Shown here piece after piece: positions 57,457 through 64,000 of a stretch of DNA of 64,000 bases. Location of the stretch: positions 117,924,001-117,988,000 of the forward strand of contig OZ024741.1 in the NCBI GenBank assembly GCA_964016885.1, written 5' to 3'. The stretch comes from Eledone cirrhosa. Its lineage: Eukaryota. Every line of letters begins with the position of its first letter. Position 1 is the first letter of the stretch. The notes under the pieces were generated by a model that worked only from the letters and a program-made list of their open reading frames with translations, did no database searches and had not been told where the DNA came from. The translations under genes and the position numbers were made by a program.

Positions 57457-60119
57457 TCATCATCATCGTTTAGCGTCCATCTTCCACGCTAGCATGGGTT
57501 AGACGGTTTTGTTCCATTTGATGCAGGAATGGTCGGGAGACCATGTCTCACTCGCACGGAAGCGTCTCTGGCAGGTTTTTTTACAGTTGGATGCGCTTCT
57601 TAACATCACCACATTTACAGTATATATATATATATTATTTGAGTGCTACTTATCCGATATCTGCATTGCTTTATTGTTCTACAATAAAACTCACCTCCTA
57701 CATATATTATATATATATATATATATTATATATATATATATACTTGGTGTATTGAATAAATGGCTGTCCTAGTTTTATCATTTTCATCAAGGCTTTTCCT
57801 TTTTCTTCTATGAAGTCTTTTGGTTTGTTTAGTAAAGTTCCCTAAACATTATCAATGTTTCTATACCTTTATAGTCCCATCTTCAGAATGTAGTGATGTT
57901 GATGTGTACTGCTGCTTCTTTATAGTAGGCAAGGCCAATGTCATAGGATTAGACTGCCGAAACTTTTATTTGGCATGTGGTTTAGTGGTAAGAGATTTGG
58001 ATACACAATCTTGAGGTTGTAAGTTTGATTCCCAGGCTAGGCAATTCGTTATGTCCTCGAGCAAGATACTTTATTTCACATTACTCCTTCTGCCAGGTGT
58101 TGCGACCAGTAGATAGTATCAGCAATGGAAATGTTGTTTCCTTGGTGCAATTTGACAAGTTCCACTCCACTCAATAAGCAAATGTGTTCTGGGATCTTGT
58201 CAATTCCGACACCTCACTGTTATATTTAACCCTTTAGCATTTAAACCGTCCATATCCAGTCAGAATTCTCTTGCATCTTTCTGTTCAAACCAGCCATAAC
58301 CGGCCACTTATACTGATGTTAAGGTATTGTTCTCAAAATAAATAATATAAAAATCTCATAGATTTGATATTATGTGACATAATTATGTGAAATAAAGACT
58401 TGACCATGAAAATATAATAGTAAATGTAGAGTAATGTAAATGCTAAAGGGTTAAAAGTCATTAATCATATATTTATATTTGTTTTCTGTGTGGTTATTTT
58501 AATATTGTACTCTGCTAATCAATTTGGAAAAGTTGTTACTGTTGGATATTTGCTCTGACTCAATGTTGTTGAATTCAAGTCCTGCTGAACCCACTTTACT
58601 TTTCATCCTTTCAAGTTTGATAAAGAAAGTACCATTTCAGTTATGATATAACATTCTTTCTATTTTCAGCTGTCATATTAGATGTTTCATTGGGTTATAG
58701 TTGATGAGGAGTCAAGAAGAAGGCTGTGTCTGCTTATGACTGCATGGGCACCTAGAACCCTTAACAAGGGCTTATTCAGGGCTGGAATAACTGTTAAGCA
58801 AAATAACCAGATGCTTAGAGCATCAAGCGAAAAGGGCACCATTTTATTCAAATTAAATGTATGTCATTCCCCCAAAATCTTTTGCTAAACTTTATATAAG
58901 GAGACACCATAATATTTGAAGTAATCAGGGCCTCACTTAATTATGAGTGATGGCTGTACCTTATCTGTACCACTCTGTTTTGAACTGAGAACATAAAAGG
59001 CCATCATTAAATATGACTAGACATTTTGTCCTGACATATTTACTCATCATCATAGTCATCATTTTACATCCGTTGTTCCATGCTTGCATGGGTTGAACGG
59101 GTCCTTCTCAGTACAGCATCTCTCCACTTGTCACGTTCCTTATTCAATTCCTCTGTGAGCTTTAGTGATCTGAGATCAGCTCTCACCACTTCATTCCAGG
59201 TTTTCTTTCGTCCTCCTCTACTGCAGCCTCATTCCACTGGGATTATATGGCACTCCATCCTGCAATTATCATTCATGCACAGTCTTCTCTCCTGCACACT
59301 ACTTTTGATTCCGCTTATACCCTGTTTCTCCCTCAGTTCGTCCATGCTTTGTCGTTTTCACACATTAACATTGCAAGTTCACAAATTCATATGTTGAGGA
59401 ATTATAATTAATTAGTGCATCACCTATGGTACATAACTGATACATATTTTAATCACACTCCTTTCTTCACAATTAACCCTTTCATTACCATATTTCTAAT
59501 GAAAGACACTGCTTACGATTTTCAAATCATTTTGAAAATAATCAAGAATTTGGAGGGATTTAGTAATAATTGTTTCTACTTTGGGCACAAGGCCAGCAAT
59601 TATTCCAATGCATTACTGGTACTTTATTTTATCGACCCCGTAAGGATGAAAGGTAAATTTAACCTCGGCGGGATTTCAGCTCAGATCGTAAAGGGCCGTA
59701 ACTCTTTGCTGCAAAGCATGGTGTCCGACCCTCTACTGATACTGCCAATCCACCTAGTAATAATATAACAAACTTTCTCATTGTTAAGTAGGTGTTTGAA
59801 ACATAACTTAACAAAGGTTCTTACATAAAATCATGATGGAAGGCTTTTAGTTGAATATAAACAATTATTATTTACAGTTATTTAAACAGTTATATAAACA
59901 GTTATTTATTTTTATGTGCTAAAGGTCATCAGATAACAAGGCTTTAAAGCCACTCAAGGTTATGAGTTACATAACAGAATGAGCATGTAGAACAGGTTGA
60001 TGAGAGGAATGGAAGAGTGATTTCTATAAGCATGAAAATGAATGAATTGGTAGTTTGGATGAAATTATGACATGGAGAGGTACTTATTGACCCTTTTCTT
60101 AAAAAGGTCAATATTGTAG

Positions 60120-60440
60120 CCACAAAGAAAGCAATCCCTAAGCAGTTTGTTCTATAGAGATACTGTTCTAGGAATGAAACTTATGTCTAATGTTAGAAAT
60201 ATGAAAAAAGTGTGGATGGTTTGCCTCAATGGGCTTAGCAAGACATGTCGTAGCAGAGAAAGTCTTGGTTTTGGGTACTAAAGAGCATTTCCCATAGAAA
60301 TAGTGAAAGAGTAATGCCAGGTTTGTGGCATCACATCTTTGAGAGAGTTGTTTGAGAGATAATAAGAGCTCATCTCCAACAAGGCTGCACAATCGACTCT
60401 AAATTCTATCTAGACAGGATAGGGAGCTCTGAGCAGCACA
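60120..60440 (-). pseudogene. Degraded LINE RT C-terminal fragment
   Basis: LDRI..LVGDELLLSLKQLSQRCDATNLALLFHYFYGKCS resembles CR1/Jockey-group C-termini. Confidence 0.5.
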
Positions 60441-63400
60441 GCATCCTTCCTCTGATTGTGGTCCTTCATCTCCGCTGTAAACTTTAGTGATTTAGTGATT
60501 TGAGATCAGTTCTCACAAATTCTGCCCAGGTCTTCCTTGGTTTCCCTCTACCAAAGCTTCATTCAACTGGGATTTCTTGGCACCTCTTCACCCAATGAAC
60601 ATTACATGTCCATATCAGTGCAGTCTTCTTTCTCTTTTGCACACTATATCTAATTCCTCTTATCCCCAGCTTTTCTCTCAGCCCATCCATGCTTTGTCAT
60701 CTAAGCATATTAATATTGTATAACAAAGCATGAATGAGCTGAGAAAAAAGCTGAGTATAAGAAGAATCAGATGTAGTGTGCAGGAGAGAAGACTGCACTG
60801 AGAATTATATTAAAGATACATGCATCTGTGGAATGCTCAGCCACTTACACTATAATAAAAAAAATATTGACTATGCCTATAATTCAAAGGGCCTTCTTTA
60901 TCACACACTGTCATGCAGAATCTCCCTGAAAATTACAATAAGGGCACATGTGTCTATGGAATACTCAGCCACGTAAACTATAATATAAGATGAATTGTAA
61001 TTCAAAGTGCCAGCTTTGTTACATACTGAGAATTACATTTATGATACACATATCTGTGGAATGCTCAATCACTTACATGTTAATTTCATGAGTAGGCCAT
61101 TCTGTTGATCACTTGTCCAAGCCTTGATAGCAGGGAAGATAGATGTTAAATGAATGATGATGATGGTTCAAACCTGACAGAAGTCCAATCTATTCCATTC
61201 TAAATCAACCATCTTCTTCTCGCCCACCTTCTCTTCTTTTTTATGTATGTATGGTCCCATCATTCTTGATGGAGTCATAGGGGTACTGTAGTGGCATTTT
61301 AAACTTGGAAGAACCCATCCCTTTCCAAGAGTCAACACAGCAGATTTCTTACAGTGAAAGAGAGAGAGAGGAAGGGTTAAGTTAGTTAAAGTCTGTTCTA
61401 AACCAAAGGCTCATCAGACCAATGCATATCTCCAGTTTCCTTGATGTTAAGCGACTGAGAGTACAAGACTCCTTGGACAAGACACTTGTCTATCACAGAT
61501 TTAACTCCCAAGCTACTGCTGTGTGTACTGGAGCAACATGAAATAAACATGCAACAGCTTGTCCAGGAATCGAATTGATGACATTATGACCATATGCCAA
61601 ACATTCTAACCATTAGGCCAGTATTAGATTGGTACTTTATTTATCAATGACGAAAAGATGTGATAGGCAAAATTGACCATGACAGGTTTTGAACTTAGAG
61701 TACAGAGAGCTAGAATGAATACAACAAAGCATCCTACCCAATGTTCTAATCACTCCAGCATACTTCTTGTATTATTCTAATTCAATTCACATCTGTGTTG
61801 CTTTATATGAGGAATATTAGATCAACTTTGGTACTTGACTGCTGCTTTATGTTATTGACCTTGTACACATGAAAGGCAAAATTGAACTCTCAATGTAAAT
61901 GGCTGTAATGAAATACTGCAGGCATTTTGTCTGCTGGAATAACTCTGCTGCCAATCCATAGATGTAAGGAAGGAAATACACACACACACATATATATATA
62001 TATACATATCGCACACATATACAGACATACATACAATGCATATACATATACACACATACTCATATACAGTATATATATATATATCACACACATGCACACA
62101 TAAATATGCATACACACTTGTACATATGCACACATGCGCAGACATACCATACACATACATACACATACATATATGCAATCACACACATATACACATGAAA
62201 TGTAACATATAATGGTAGATTAACAACAATAGTATGATTATTTCACAATATCACCTATCAAAATGGTGTTTGATGTTACAGAAAGCTATTCTCTATCTTG
62301 TTAGAACCTCAGATCTTATCTACGCTGTTAGACAAGCACAATGAGGGTGCATGGCTTAGTGGTTAGAAGTGTTTGGCTGAAGTTCGTAATGTTGTGAGTT
62401 CAAAATGTTGTTTGATGTTACAAAGAACGTGTTAGTACCCCAGGTATTATCTACACAGCTAAGATGAGCATAGTGAAGGCTCATGGCTTACTGCCTAGGA
62501 GTGTTTGACTGAAGATCATAAAGTTGTTTGTTCAATTCCTGGTAGCACTCTCTGTCCTTAAACAAGATACTTTATTTCATGTTGCACCAGTCTAAAATGA
62601 GTTTTAGCTGTAATTCAAAGTACCAGCCTTGTTACACACTGTGTCATGGTGAACTTCCATGTGAACTACATTAAGTGGCACATATCTGTGGAATGTTCGG
62701 CCACTTACATGTTAATTTTGTGAGCAGATTGTTTCATTGTTTGAACAACTGGAATGCTCATCATCAGAACTGATGGAGCTCCAACACAAACAAGAGGAGC
62801 ACAATTCATGTCTTTAACAACAATAATAAGCATTTTGAGACACTTTCCCTGCTAAAGCACGTATTACCTTTGTGGTGTGTATGTCTGTGTGTGTAGAGAG
62901 AGAGGGGTTCATGATAAGCTTCTCTGCTTTGCCCTATCAAGGAGGGCATCTCGCCATAAAACATTGCTTTAAAAAGGAACCCAAGATGAGCATGAAGCTT
63001 GCAAGGCTAACCTTTGCTTTAACAATGGATAAATTGATCAACAAGATCCCAAACTGCAAGTGGGGTGTAACTCGTCAAATTGGACCAAACAGTATTTCCA
63101 TTGGTTTTGCAATTTCTACCAGTCATAACTCCTGGCCGAAAGAACAATGTAAAATAAAGTGTCTTGCTCATGGCCATAATACATCACTCAGTCTGGGAAT
63201 CAAACTCACAACCTCATGATTGCAAGTTTGATTCAATTCTCTAACCCCTAAGCCACAGGGAAAATTATCTTAAAACACTTGGTGTAGTTATAGAGGGAAG
63301 GTAGGTGCTTATAATCTTTTTCTGGGCCTCTGAAACTGGTGGAGGGAGGATCGAGGTTATCTTCAAAATCCCCAAACCTGGCCTGAATGCTTTCAGCAGA

Positions 63401-64000
63401 ATGGACTCTACTAAAGTCACTCAGGTGTTAAATTGGATGATAGATTAACTCTACTACCTAAGATTCTATCTAGATTTAAACACTTCCAGTTTATCTCATT
63501 CTTCATTTTATAACAATATTATTGAGGTGGAGGAGAGTATTTCATTATCAATGATAACAAGATTATTTCCTTGAAGAGCTTTGCTATACTTGTTGCTCTT
63601 CTCATTGACCATCAGTGTTCAAAATGAATTATCAAACTACCTGAAAGACTAGATTTATGGACTTTATTATTTGTTAAGGCATGAAGGCGGTGGATAGACG
63701 GCAGTATCTGTAGAATGTCGGACAACTTGCTTTGTGGTATAGTTACATCCCTTGAGGATGACACTTTAATTCACATTGCTCCAGTTCACTCAGCTGTAGA
63801 AATTAGTTGCAATGTCACTGGTTGCCAAGCTGTATCGGCCTTTGGACTACAACGGTGATGTGGAGAGGGGAGACCTGTATGCATGGATGTCTGTTGATGT
63901 TCCACGAACAACCTTGCCTGGACTTGTGCCTTGGATGGGAACTTTTTAGGTGAAAATCCCATGGTCATCATTGAAGGTGGGGAGGGGGGTATTTACTCAT

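Overview
Very AT-rich, repeat-dominated eukaryotic DNA, most likely an octopus or other cephalopod (inferred from SINE/LINE content and (TA)n load; not confirmed by a search). The only host coding exon I recognise is the first coding exon of a diamine (spermidine/spermine) N-acetyltransferase, SAT1/SAT2-like (15183-15257, +). Everything downstream appears to be one very large intron. The window holds a Tc1 IR/DR transposon, mariner/pogo remnants and MITEs, non-autonomous Helitrons, CR1/RTE/R4-type LINE fragments and many tRNA-derived SINEs. The dominant structure is a set of (TA)n-anchored Penelope-like retroelements (PLEs; RT plus C-terminal GIY-YIG, Hydra-clade-like): one near full-length copy, two truncated copies, a 595-bp non-coding tandem unit and many short fold-back end fragments. 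Their ends carry type I hammerhead ribozymes, several with non-canonical cores (UUGAAAA, UUGAUAA, CAGAAGA, CCGAAGA, GCAA). Just past the terminal repeat, at least 13 sites from otherwise dissimilar families share a covarying bulged hairpin, RCUC-[stem-loop]-UN-GAGY. This hairpin is the best candidate for an undescribed element.
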